Source of the DNA: Podarcis liolepis | Lineage: Eukaryota | Direction: 5' to 3' (one strand) | Length of the DNA stretch: 64,000 nucleotides | Assembly (NCBI GenBank): GCA_965112155.1 | Contig: OZ218101.1 | Shown: piece by piece, positions 1-12,300 of the stretch | Layout: each line of letters opens with the position of its first letter | Numbering within the stretch: position 1 is the stretch's first letter | The notes under the pieces: model-generated | Told to the model about the DNA's origin: nothing | The model's input: only the letters and a program-made list of their open reading frames with translations | Databases searched by the model: none | Translations under genes and position numbers: made by a program

Positions 1-218
1 GTGAACCGCCCTGAGATCTATAGATGAAGGGCTGTATACAAATTTAATAAATAATAAGAATAAAATGCCAGCGGGTGTGAGTAGGTTTATAAAATATGGC
101 CCATACAGGGGATCAAGGTGTTTGGGCTTTTAATGTTTACATCAGCAACTCAGGTTTTTGGGACTCCTCATTTACAGTTACAAAAAACAAGAAAAGAAAG
201 AAAAACAAAAATATTTAC

Positions 219-269
219 CTGGTAATCTCTTAAACCCACCAGTATGATATCTGATGTATTTATCCAAAC
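219..269 (-). CDS. EIF1AX: eIF1A coding exon 4 (VWINTSDIILVGLRDYQ); gene continues beyond left edge
   Basis: 51-nt exon bounded by ttttag/gtaaat on minus strand; peptide matches vertebrate eIF1A. Confidence 0.96.
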
Positions 270-837
270 CTAAAATTCAAACAAATAATTAAGGAAAACC
301 TACAAGAGTCTTCCTCATTAACAATCTAACAACAGTATCATTGGATTTTTTCAACTTCAAAATAATTTTTTAAAAAAGTTGCCCACTGCTCCCAAGCCTC
401 CACCAGCTGCCAGAAAGAAGGGGGAAGGCCGCTAGCAAAGTGACACGGCTCCCCCCCCCGAAGAGCAGCCCAGGATGCACAGCCCACCCACTGCTCCCAA
501 GCCTCTTCTGGAGCCAGCTTGGGGAGGGAGTGCCGGGAGAATTTAAGGCCCACCTAGTTCAGGGCGGTAGTGCCAGGAGGCGGGCAGCACCCATAAATAA
601 GTCTTGAATTTTAAACGTGCGGCTTATTTGCAGGTGCGACTTATATTTGGGCCAGTACGGTAAATAGGAGAATCAAAAACGGAAATTATTTAGGAAGGCA
701 AGGAATGAGAAGAATCCAACAAATATGCTAATAGAAAAATGAACCTTTCACATCAAGAACAATGATGGATTAAGAAAGAACTTCTAGGTTTTGTCTCAAG
801 AAAGCCAATTTAAACATTGATGAGAGCAACTGCAGTA

Positions 838-1050
838 CAGGTGACTCTCAACTTACACTGAAATTATGTTCTGGGGATAGCGCGTATAGCCAAAACCACA
901 TATAGTCAAAACACATTGGGTTCAATAGCAGGTGGGATTCCCAAAGTCTTTTCCCCCAGACACCTGCCCCTTTCCATTAAAAACGATCCCCCCCCAAGCA
1001 TATAAAGCCGAATCGCAGAAGTTAAATGTGCGTAAGTTGCGAGTTACCTG
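838..1050. mobile_element. Tc1/mariner (Tigger-like) MITE
   Basis: TA flanks; TIRs CAGGTGACTCTCAACTTAC / GTAAGTTGCGAGTTACCTG. Confidence 0.8.
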
Positions 1051-1726
1051 TACAGAAGCTGATGAATTAAGGAGTGGGTGGAAGTAAGAGTTTAGTATGC
1101 TGGAAAACAGATCCATAGGATAGCATGGCCGGGAGGTGGGGAGGGAATAATATGGAGGGAATGTAATGGTATTTAGAAACTCCATCCTGGACTTAAAGTA
1201 GGAGAACAAGTTTGGAGTCACAAACTGGGAACATTATGAGGGAAAGCAAGGGAGCAATCTGTGAAAATTCACACCAGATCTCCAAAACCTTCTTGAAGAT
1301 GGCAAAAACTTTAGCTGTAAAGAGCAGGAAAGGGGGAAAAAATTGAAGAGCAACAAGACATTCTGAGTGACAGTCAAATGGAGGAAGCTGCAGTGAAATT
1401 GTTTAGTAAAGAAAAAAGTAGGGCAGATCTGTTAAAATTAAGTGCGGCTTTAATATTTTTCTGTACACACTCAACAGACCAGGATTAAGAGGACAAATAG
1501 TGGTGGTATCAATCATGTTCTGACAGACCTGACAGAAGGCAAGGAGAGTAGAGCAATAGTATCCAAACTAATGATGTCAAGACCCATATTCTGTCAGCAA
1601 ACTAGTGTAACATGTTATAGAGGAATCACTACAAATATTTGTTGTTTACTCTGAAATTCATTAGTTAACTTCAATCACAGAGTCCATTCTAGCAAGTCTT
1701 TGGAAACATTGGTTGAAAATACGTAC

Positions 1727-1830
1727 CTTTTTTCTTAACTTTCCTCTGATGTGACATAACCTCTTTACACCATCAAAACATAATGCCTCCAGTCTGCCAT
1801 TTCCCAACATTTTGATAACCTGGGCATACT
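1727..1830 (-). CDS. EIF1AX: eIF1A coding exon 3 ([35 protein letters not shown])
   Basis: 104-nt exon, tttcag/gtacgt boundaries, OB-fold eIF1A sequence. Confidence 0.97.
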
Positions 1831-1879
1831 CTGAAAGACATGAAACGGCAGCTGAACCTTGACAGTTGTATGCATAACC

Positions 1880-2403
1880 AAAAGAGGGAGCAAGCTTGTT
1901 TTCTCCTGCTCTGGAGGGTAGGACTCGAACACCAGTGGCTTCAAGTTACAGTGGTACCTTGGGTTACAAACACTTCAGGTTACAGACGCTTCAGGTTACA
2001 GACTCTGCTAACCCAGAAATAGTACCTCGGGTTAAGAACTTTGCTTCAGGATGAGAACAGAAATCATGCTCTGGCAGTGCAGCAGCAGCAGGAGGCCCCA
2101 TTAGCTAAAGTGGTACCTCAGGTTAAGAACAGTTTCAGGTTAAGAACAGACCTCCAGAACGAATTAAGTTCTTAACCAGAGGTACCACTGTACAGGAAAG
2201 GAGATTCTGACTGAACATTCGAAAAAACTTTCTAACAGCTGTTCAGCAGTGGAACAGACTCCCATGAGAGGTCATGCACCCTTGGAGGTTTTTAAGCAGA
2301 GGTCATCTGTCATGGAAGCTTTAGCTGAGATTCCTGCATTGCAGGGCATTGGACTAGATGACCCTTGGGTCCCTTCCAACTCTAAGAGTCTATGACTCTA
2401 TGA
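1880..2403 (+). mobile_element. CR1 LINE 3' fragment interrupted by a MITE
   Basis: CR1-type 3' region ending ggactagatgaccc...ggtcccttccaactct and (ATTCTATG)-like repeats; boundaries approximate. Confidence 0.8.
1949..2190 (+). mobile_element. Tc1/mariner MITE family A, copy 1 (nested in CR1)
   Basis: TA TSD; TIR CAGTGGTACCT.GGGTTA; highly similar copies at 38844, 50390, 57786. Confidence 0.9.
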
Positions 2404-3219
2404 AAACTTATGTGCTATTTAATAAACCAGAAGCAAAATGTCAGATTTTTCCCAGCAGCTTGAGTTTAAAATGTCTCAACAAAAAAATGAATCCAGCCTC
2501 CAAAAATATATGACTACATTCAGTACTACCAGTACCCTTGTATCATAAAACTCCTAAGTGGTCAACATAAAATAAAATATACATTAAAAATTTTGATCAA
2601 TCAGTTAAAAAAATTAAGGTGTTTTTCAAAAAGTAAATATGGCTAATGGAACTAGAAATCCTTTCCACAAACTATTCCCCTAGTTCACCATGCTTGTGTG
2701 CTAATTATTTGGTTACATTTCCTGAATTCTTTCACAAAACGTTAAAAGAGAAATCTTGTTTATCAGATTTTCACTCATTTCAATCTTCTTAAATTTTCCA
2801 CAAGGCTAATTTAAGCACCATCTGGCATTTAAAACTAAAGCAAATATCTCTGGAGACACCCAGATTTGTACAAAAATATTATATTTTTCTAAACCCTTCT
2901 CCACCCCCTTCCACCTCTCCTTATATCCTGTATCACACGTTTCAATCTGTTCTTTCAGCTTTGCTCATTGTTTCTTTTAATTTTGCATATAAGCTGTTTT
3001 CTTTTGGGGAGGAGAACATGCAAAGGTAAGAACATGTATCTTTGTACTTCTTGTTTGAATTAAACATGCAAGTTCTGTGTTTTCTCCCTTTCCCAATTAA
3101 AGAGAGCTACAAATATGCCTCCTCCAAAAGTTTCATGTCCAGAAAACCACGGCAATCCAATGACATTAACCATAAAATGTTACTGCATTCATAGGGGATA
3201 ACAAAACTGTGTGCCTCAC

Positions 3220-3303
3220 CTTGTCCATCTTCTTTGAACACCAGTTCTCTTTTTTCTGATTCATTCTCATTCTTACCTCGTCTTCTGTTTTTACCTCCCT
3301 TAC
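3220..3303 (-). CDS. EIF1AX: eIF1A coding exon 2 ([28 protein letters not shown])
   Basis: 84-nt exon, tttag/gtgagg boundaries; peptide visible in ORF 3107..3394. Confidence 0.97.
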
Positions 3304-4092
3304 CTAAATTGCAAGAAACAATGGAGAACCACAATTTGAAATCCTGCATGAAAAATTGTGTTGAATAAATTAGTGGCATATCAGGCCTCCCCAAAAGCTT
3401 CTTTTTTTTTTAATAAGAGAATTTGATTTTTTTCTGAAATAGCAGATTTTCATCTAACCCACTCTATGTTCCTTGCTCTAAGGCAGTTAATTTTTAAGAC
3501 TTGGAAGGCGCTCTCAGTGCTACAACTAATAGTAATGGCTCCTATGAGCTAATTCAGTAAAATTCAGATACAAAGTATACAAATTCTCCAATAAAGGTAC
3601 AAAATATACACAACTACTTGTGTTTTGTTTCCAGTAAACATCTACAGTTTCCCTTCCTCAAACGCATATATTGTAGTTAGCTAACAGAATTAGCTATACT
3701 AATACAATTTTCTAGTTTAGTAAGTTCTAAGAGGAAAAGTAGTACGTTAATCATCCAAATTTAGTGCATATTCAAGTATATTACACCAGAAACTTAAATA
3801 ACCGTGGAAACCAAAGGCAGGTTTATACCAGGCAGAATACACATCATCTACAACACTAACACCATGTAGAAAATATGGATTAACACCTAATTATAAAGCC
3901 ATTAATAATAAATCACAGAACAAACACATAATCTCCCCACATTTTCAGTGTGTGTAGTAGCTACTAATGAATATCAAATTAGTAATTTAATGGAATTTAT
4001 AGTGCAAAAATAATTTGTCCTCTTCCAAAGGCAATGGATGTAACTATTTTGCACATATATCTATGTGTATGTAAGTAAACAGTGATGTAGAA

Positions 4093-4227
4093 CAGGCATA
4101 GGCAAACTCCGGCCCTCCAGATGTTTGGGACTACAATTCCCATCATCCCTGACCACTAGTCCTGTTAGCTAGGGATGATAGGAATTGTAGTCCCAAAATC
4201 TGGAAGGCCAGAGTTTGCCTATGCCTG
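4093..4227. mobile_element. Palindromic hAT MITE in EIF1AX intron 1
   Basis: 8-bp TSD atgtagaa/acgtagaa; TIR CAGGCATAGGCAAACT; almost fully self-complementary. Confidence 0.88.
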
Positions 4228-5079
4228 ACGTAGAACTTCTTGCACTGAAAAGACTTGTATAACACTTTGGAAAACATTCATGCTGACAGTTTATCCTGAA
4301 CTGTAGGAGAATGTATACGTTGAAGTTCAAGATCAAAACTCAAATTCATCAGCTGTTTAGACTGCAAATCTGAAGGCCGATGTTACCTTGATCTCTGTTA
4401 ATGATTCTGGGAATCATATTTAGCTGGAAATTGAGGTAAAAATACTTTTAACTGGATGTGTATAGTTAGCTGTTTAACAATTTCCATCCAGAAGGCTTGA
4501 CCAGGCAACAACCAAACAGGATGTGACAGCCACTAAACACTTAACCATTTCAAATAAGCAGTTGTTCAGCAAGGAAGCTGGGTCTAAGAGAAACACCAAG
4601 CACTCTTTATTTTCCATTCTGTCTTTTTGAAGAGTATATTTTTGTCCATCTGAGTACAGAAAAACAAAAAAAGGCCAACAGGACCTAAGAAGAATCAAGT
4701 GACCAATGTCTTTCAGGGGCTCTGATGCCCCAGGAAAACAAACATAAACCAAATAATCAAAACCAACCCAATAATCATAAGACACAGCAAATGAAAGGTA
4801 AGCAAAGGTGAGGAAACAGGCCTAAAGTGTGTGTGTGAGAGGTGTCACAGTCTTAAATCACCAATTCCCGCACAGGTCCCACCCACCCAGATGGCCTAAA
4901 AAGGCTGTGTGATCCTACACACACGTGTAGTATTGAATATACGCAATAAATACAGGACGGTTCTCTTCCAAGACACACACTTGGGAGTGAGCCCACTGAA
5001 CTAGGCGGGCCTTAAATCCGAATATAAGTACTCTGGTGGGGGAGACTGTAAGGTTGCGAGGGGAGAAAGAAGGGAAGAG

Positions 5080-5840
5080 GAAAAAAGACGCGAGAAGGAA
5101 GGGTGGCCACTAGACCCTCGCCTCTCTTCCGAAAGAGGAAGGCGAGGGCCAGGCCCAGGGGCGCCGAAGGCAGCGCCTTATCCCGGGGCGGGACTGAGCC
5201 TCGAAGGGGAGAGGGGCGGCCAGAGGCGCCGCGTGGAGGCGGAGGTCTGGCCAGGCCTCACCTTTATTCTTCGGCATGGCGGCGGCGGCGGCGTCAGGTG
5301 CTGCTTAGCGGGCGCAGCGTCGGCAGAGGCGGGAAGGAAGGAAGCGCGAGCGGGGTCGCCCTCCGCCTTCTTTGAGCTCCTGGCTGAGGTAAGCAGAAGA
5401 CCGTGCGAGGCGGTGACGCGCGTCTCGCGACAGCGGGAGAAGGGAGGCGAGAGTGCCGCGCGGGCTCCGCCGAATCCCTGCGAGAGAAGGAAGACGAGGG
5501 AGAAGCAAGCGTCGTCTCTTCTCCGTCGGCCCCAGAATGCACTTCGCTCGCGCAAGTTCCGCCAACCGCTCGCGGCCGTCTCTCTAGCGCTCCCTTTTGG
5601 TGGGAGGAACAAGCTGACGGACTAATGTTGTTTTGCTGCACGGCGGGGGCGGTTCATTCCCTCGCTGCGTGATTACGGACAGGGAAGTCCCGTGCGTCAT
5701 TGGCGCGTGAGGAACGGTGCCTGCTCATTGGCCAAAGGCCACCCTGGCCGCCAACGCAGCCCTCTCTTTCCGCAGCAGCTGGCAAGCATTCAGAGGCAGC
5801 CTCTGCCTCCTCAGGGGAGGGCGCCCCGGCCTAGTCGCTT
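5080..5840. promoter_or_regulatory. CpG-island promoter of EIF1AX
   Basis: High GC and CpG density around exon 1; minus-strand pyrimidine tract CTTCCTTCCTTCCC (5331-5344) as TCT/TOP-like start; ATTGG (CCAAT) boxes near 5700 and 5730. Confidence 0.85.
5262..5277 (-). CDS. EIF1AX: eIF1A coding exon 1 (MPKNK + G)
   Basis: gccgccATGCCGAAGAATAAAG|gtgagg with strong Kozak context inside CpG island. Confidence 0.95.
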
Positions 5841-6043
5841 AAGGAACATCTTTCTCTCTTTAATTAATGGCTGTACTTCTTTTCAGTTTTTCTGAGGCTC
5901 CTGTGCCATATTGATCCGGCCCCGCGTCACTCACCAGCCATGACTTTTTAAGATTAAAGAGAAATGTAGTGGGGCTTAAATCAGTGAAGAAGGGGTTTAA
6001 TTTTAAGTGATGTACAATTCTATGATTCTGTTATGATTTATTT

Positions 6044-6121
6044 GAGATTTCTGCATTGCAGGGGGTTGGACTAGATGACCCTCAGGGTCCCTTCCAACTC
6101 TACAGTTCTAGGATTCTATGA
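6044..6121 (+). mobile_element. CR1/CR1-SINE 3' tail
   Basis: ctgcattgcagggggttggactagatgaccctcagggtcccttccaactctac...attctatga. Confidence 0.75.
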
Positions 6122-6437
6122 AACAATAGGATGAGAGAAAAAGCCAAAAAGCCAAATACATAATGGCTGGAAGAAACTTGTTAAGTCCTATAATCAGATG
6201 GTAAATCATTTTTACCATCTGAATATAGGACTTTACTGCCTTGAGTCAAAGCTAATCCAATTAAGCACCAATTGGTTTTGGTTTATTAGCTCCACATCTG
6301 TGCCCACAGGTGTTTCTAAGATCAATTTGCCAAAGGGGTTTAATCTTAATTAATCTTGCATACTGAGTAGGGGTACTTTAATCTTGTCTTCCACTATGCT
6401 CCCAATAAGGATCAGGGCCCTATGCTAGAAATTAGTA

Positions 6438-6796
6438 AAAAAGGTAAAAAAAACCCTGACAGTTAAGTCCAGGCTCAGATGACTCTGGGGTTGCGGTGCT
6501 CATCTCACTTTACAGGCTGAGGGAGCTGGCATTTGTCCGCAGACAGTTTTTCTGGGTCATGTGGCCAGCATGACTAAGCTGCTTCTGGCGCAACAGAACA
6601 CAAACCAGAGCAGCGCACAGAAACGCCGTTTACCTTCCTACCTATTTATCTACTTGCACTTTTTAGCGTGCTTTCAAACTGCTAGTTTGGCAAGAGCTGG
6701 GACCGAGCAACGGGAGCTCACCCCATCGTGGGGATTCAAACCTCCGACCTGATCGGCAAGCTCAAGAGGCTCAGTGGTTAGACCACAGCACCTACA
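6438..6796 (-). mobile_element. Sauria SINE
   Basis: 11-bp TSD agaaattagta (6427-6437, 6797-6807); tRNA-like head, typical core gggtcatgtggccagcatgact, degenerate ACCTTT-type tail. Confidence 0.88.
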
Positions 6797-6900
6797 AGAA
6801 ATTAGTATAAAGGGGGAAATATCCCATTCACTTCAATGGGAGCTTCCACCTGCCTGCTAGTGTGCCATTGCAGATAGGGATCCAGCAGTGGCAAATGATA

Positions 6901-7231
6901 CAGTGGTGCCTCGCAAGACGAAATTAATTCGTTCCGCGAGTTTTGTCGTCTTGCAAAGCACGGTGTCGGGAAAGTTTTGGAAAATCTTCAAAAATCACCA
7001 AAGTCTTTAAAAACCTCAAAAAAGGCTACCACACTGCGTTCTATGAGTTGCTCCTCAAAGTCAAGTCGCAACTGTATTAACGGTGTTAAGAAAAAGGAAA
7101 CAAACTTGCAAGACGTTTCCGTCTTGCGAAGCAAGCCCATAGGGAAAATCGTCTTGCGAAGCAGCTCAAAAAACCCTTTCGTCTAGCGAGTTTTTTGTCT
7201 TGCGAGGCATTCGTCTTGCGAGGTACCACTG
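6901..7231. mobile_element. Tc1/mariner MITE family B
   Basis: TA TSD; TIRs CAGTGGTGCCTCGCAAGACGAA / TTCGTCTTGCGAGGTACCACTG; internal CGTCTTGCGA repeats. Confidence 0.88.
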
Positions 7232-9354
7232 TACTCCACTGTGCCCTGAAGGACACAGATACAGAGCAAATATACCGTATTCACTCAAGTCTAATGCACC
7301 ATCATATCTTATGTGTACCTTAATTTTCGCAACGTAATTTGGCCAAAAAAGGTGAACATTAAATGCAAGTAAATACAGTAAAATCTGGTCCTAACTCTAT
7401 CTTCTGTGCTCTATTAAATGCAATTATATTTCTTCAACCTCAGGGCAGCTTTCCTTCTCCCCCCCCCCACTTTGCCTGACAATTGGAGTGTACAGAAGAA
7501 AGCTTGCTCTCTTATTTTTTAACTTGATTGATCCTAATAAATGTATTGTCCCAACTCTGGATTTTGACCTTTCTTTTAGATATAATGCTAATTTGTGGAC
7601 AGTGAGAAAAATAAATGTAGCTCTGACAGCCTAGATCAGTCATTTTCAAATTCAATTACTCTTGTCCAGCTGATTTGTTGGACAAATGTTTATAGACTGT
7701 GGGGTTTTTCATCAGACCTTGAAAAAGAGAAGTTACGGTATATTTTAGAGAACTTTCATCTTGCCCAATGAATCTTGTGTATAAGAAAAGATTTAAGGAC
7801 CTTTTCTAAAGCCATTCTGTACACAGTACTAGGTCTATAGGGCAATGATTAGGTCCAATATACAACTGAGAACATAGTCTACATCAGAGGTGAGATCCCT
7901 GTGACCTTTCACATATCATTGGGCTCCAGTTCCCATCATCCCCAGCCAACATGGCAAAATGTCAAGAAAGATGAGAATCCTGGTTGGCATCCTGGAGACT
8001 ATGGAAGTGTGCGCCTTTGGGGATAAAGTCAAACCATTGCGAGAGTTGCAGCACCTACTGTGGCTGTAGAGACCAATACGGAGAAGACATGTTTTTATTG
8101 CAGATGGGGCAAATGAAGGAGTCCAGTTGTGCTGATGCAGGTGTACTATGGTGTTTCTTCTACTCTAGAAACATCTGGAGGCACCACATTAACCTCCCCT
8201 GCTCTAAATAGAATATACTGAACTCATCTTGTAGTTGCAGATCACAGAGGCAGATTGCTATGGACTGGCAAACTGCCTTTCTGGGAAGCTTATCCACTGT
8301 TATCTTATTGAAGATCTGATAAGTTCAAAGAACTCCTGTTCTCTAGCTCAGAATTTGAAAGCCACAGTTCTAAATTATAGCTTCATCAGTTTGCAGCAGC
8401 AAAGAGATCAGCAGTCGACTGGTTTGTCAAGGCAAGGGCATCAGAAATCCAGTGTCACTGTAGAGGCCTAATTTAGCACACCAGTGTTAACAGTATGGAG
8501 TGTGCAACCCCACACCCCAGTTTTCCTGTGGATGGGACTCCACGCAGCTATGAATACACTTATCAACAACTGAATTGTGTGGTGTTTATGTTTTTTTCTT
8601 GGTATGTTCCATGCCAGAATATGCAGCACAGGGAGGGAGGTTGTATGGGAGAATACATACCAATTAAGTTAAACATTTGACTTCTTAAAAACTGGCATTT
8701 TGGAAGACAAAGGTTATTTAAACAAGTATATAAAACTTACCAGCAAATGAAAACCCTGTGAATCTTTAGGTGGGTCAGGATCATTTATACTTGCTGATCA
8801 GATGAATGGATCTCCCATTTGCTCATGGAATTTTATTCTCCCTCCAGGTTTTCATTTGGCAGTAGGGCCCATGAGCTGGAGCTTCCCTAAATCTTCTAAT
8901 TGCTCCTTTGCAAGTGGGTCTCCCTGACAGTCCAACCAAGTTCCACTGGGATTGGCTGCAGTAGGGAGTTTCTAGTTGGTTACACAAAGCTTTGGTGCAA
9001 GAAGCAGCCTGCTCCAGAGGTCAGCATAATCATATGCAGTTTCTGAAGAGGGGTAGGAGAAACTAGGTCATGCTGGACTTTGGACGTGAAGGCCATGCAA
9101 GTCTATAACACAACTTCTGCCTGCTCTAGAAATTCTTCATTTACTACAGGAGTCTAAAAAGGTTAGTTTGGCATGTTTGCCAACTATTATTTGTGGGCAC
9201 CTCTGCTACTTATTCAGGCATGCACAATAGGCTTCAGAGCACAGAGGAGACTCTATTCCATACAACATAATGTGAACAAGCTAAGAATCACACAACTAAT
9301 GAATAATACTTGTTTTGTAATGAGAGAAGTGGCAGATTACTTGAAACGCACACA

Positions 9355-12300
9355 TTAATATATCTTTGAAAGTTTATTTGCTGTATAAATTCAATTTCTT
9401 TTGAAGACTACAAAACCTGCCCTTTGAGAAGGATACAAGCAATTGTATCTCTCTTTCAAGGCTCATCTGTGGTTATATCTGGAACATTTCCAATTACACA
9501 TATACAGTATTTTTTGAAAACATACATAGCTCTCAATAAAACCATCAGAAGTTATCAGTCCTTTAGTCTCCTTATCAGCACTTCAGTTCTATGATGCTAA
9601 CAAAAGCATCCAACAGATGCTATTTTAATTTTCTACTCTAAAGGTACAATACAGCCAGGTCCTTTTGTTGTACCTTAGACTTGCATGCCATGCTGAAGAA
9701 GTCAATATAAAGAATGATTGTACATAACTGTAGAAAAATATTTTCTGATATTAAAAAAAAATCTCTTATGTAGATTCCCCCTCCCTTCACTAAAACTGTT
9801 AAAATAATTACATCCCTCATGAGTGCACTTTCCCTAGGTCAGAAGTATAAAGATAAAGCTAATCATATACATCACTTTCATGAGTTAAAAGCCATTCATT
9901 ACTGCTTACCAAGGATTCACATGCCTCTGAACAAAAGCCTTCCTTTCCATTACCAGAAAAGCAATGCTTCAGTTCATCTACTACATTTACTACAACAAAA
10001 CTACATACAATTATTTCCTTATGCCCTGATTCTGTATTTAAAAATCAATTTTAAATACTTTGCTTGCTTGGTCTTGACAGACAGCTAATCTAACAAGAAT
10101 GATTGTAAGAAATCTCAGTTTTCTCCTGCTCGGATATTGAGAACATAACTACTAATTTGTTTTGTTTTGCTGGACATCCAACTGCAGTTCTCAAGCCCTT
10201 TCTTTCTTTCCATATCATACTTGTAGGGAAAAGAAAATACAGTAAAGAGTACTTTTGAGATGTCATAAAACCAGTACAGTGCGTATTTGAGGAAAATCCT
10301 GTGGTTTGACATCTGGTCACAGGGTGGCTTGTTGGGCCTTGGAAAGCTGCTTCATATTACCAGAGCTATAAATTAAGCTGACAAATTATTGCCACCTCTC
10401 TATCGCGTAGCAATAAATTCAGAATATCCAGTTTATATATTGAGAGTAATGAAAATGTAACTTCCTTACATTCATATGAGTGTCTTAAGGGTCCTGACAT
10501 TTTAAAGTGGTTTCAAAGGTGCCAATTCTGAATCTAAGTAGGCATATTTATTTCTCTTACCACAGTTATGAATACACAGGGAATATTAACTTTGTGGAAG
10601 GGAAAATGTGAGCAAGACCAGTGAAAGGGTTTTTCAGCACCATGTTCTAAACAACTGAGCTATGCAGGTGATCATCACTGAAAGGATTAAAGGACTGAGT
10701 TGGGCTATTTTATTGTGAATTATTTTTTTCAAACTTACCCTCCAAAAATCTTGGGTAAGTCAACAGTCCTAAACACTCTAAATGAGTTTGCCTTTTGTCA
10801 TCCATCACAGAATCTATTTTAAAGCAACTAGTTTGACAATTCAATCAAATTTAGTAAACGCATGATTTCTTGAATATTTGGGGGGCTTCAGTGATAACTG
10901 CATTGTTGATGCCAATATTTTAAGCCACAGACAGAAAGCAAAAGCAGTAGACTGGTGGTTCCTCTCAGATATAAAAAGTAACATGATTTTGCAGTTATAT
11001 TTTACAGTAGTTGCAAATTTTATCCTTTGGTTTAAAATCTTTTAAGAAATCAGCCTACTAAGAAATAGCGCTAAAGGGAACAGGTTTGTGAGCACTAGAG
11101 GAACTGTAAAATTACTTGGTGTTAAATAGTTTCTAGCATATAACTGAGCTGGGGTGAGCATATCCATGTGTAAAATAAAGCCAACCAAATCAATGGTTTC
11201 TTAAATTTAAATATGTTTCCGTTAGTTGAGGGACTTCTCTAAAGAAAATGAAAATGAGCCTCCCTGATCACTGCCTGAAGTATTCAGAAAAAGCCAAAAT
11301 TGAAGCAGTAAAACTTATCTTCTGAATCATGTGCACCTATACATCTTTTTTGCAGAATCCTGATTCTCCTGTGAGTATGAGACAGTCAGTGCAACACTGA
11401 AACCATTTCCCATTCCCATATTAATGCATTACTACACAGCAAAGAAAAGCTGGATGTAGACAGTAAAAAAATTCTGGATTTGGATATGGATGTGTCTTGT
11501 TTGAAACAAGCCAACGTTATTGCTGTAGAGTGTTGTCCAGAAAGCTAACTTGTTATAAAGCAGAGTTTAGGTAGAGGAAGGAGTGCTTGTATAAGAAAAA
11601 GTGTGTAACTAGGGACTAACTAATTGCTGCCCCTACACAAGGCGCGAGGATTGTGATCCGGCAGGTGGCACCCGCTAATAGAGGAAGAGGGGAGGTATAT
11701 TTTCTGGACTCCCCATCCTGCCTATGGCCCTCAGTGCCTCTGAAAATTAGTTCTGGAGAGGAGGAGGACCAGGGAATCAACAAATAATCCCCATTGTTCT
11801 TCCTTCATTAGTGGAAAAGTTCTGCTGTAGCAGCAATGCTAGGATGAACAACTGAATTTTACTCTAGGGAGACATAGTAACGAACACTAGCCTAAAGTAG
11901 TTCACATTTTTCTAGGGTCAGGTGAGTTTTCACTCAAGAGTAACATTTTCAGATTTACAGGGCAATTCTGTTGCATATTTACTCAGAAATAAATCCTATT
12001 GTGTTGATCAGGGCTTACTTTCTAGTAAGTGGGGTTGCAGCCTGAGTGGCCCTGGATGAGAAGCTGGATGTTGCAAAGCCCAAGCGAACAATGCAAAACT
12101 GGATATACTTGAATCCAACTGTGCAAAGTTATTTTGTAAACATAACATTAAGGGAATGATTTAAATTAAGACGCGCCTCTTTCTCAAGAGCAAAGCTACC
12201 AAAGCAGAATGATGACTTATGAATAGATCTAACGCAAATGCAAAAAGACAAGCATCTTTAAAGTATCTGATAAAAAAAACCTCAATGACAAAGCAATCCC

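Noticed and set aside
270-5261. SCARNA9-like RNA, which I recall in a human EIF1AX intron
   Set aside because: No matching C/D boxes, U2 guide or GU-repeat found in these introns by eye; a 12-nt match near 49788 lacks box C and is treated as chance.
7630-7720. Box C/D snoRNA-like TGATGA...CTGA on minus strand
   Set aside because: Non-consensus base before box C, weak terminal stem, no recognisable rRNA/snRNA guide, and intergenic position.
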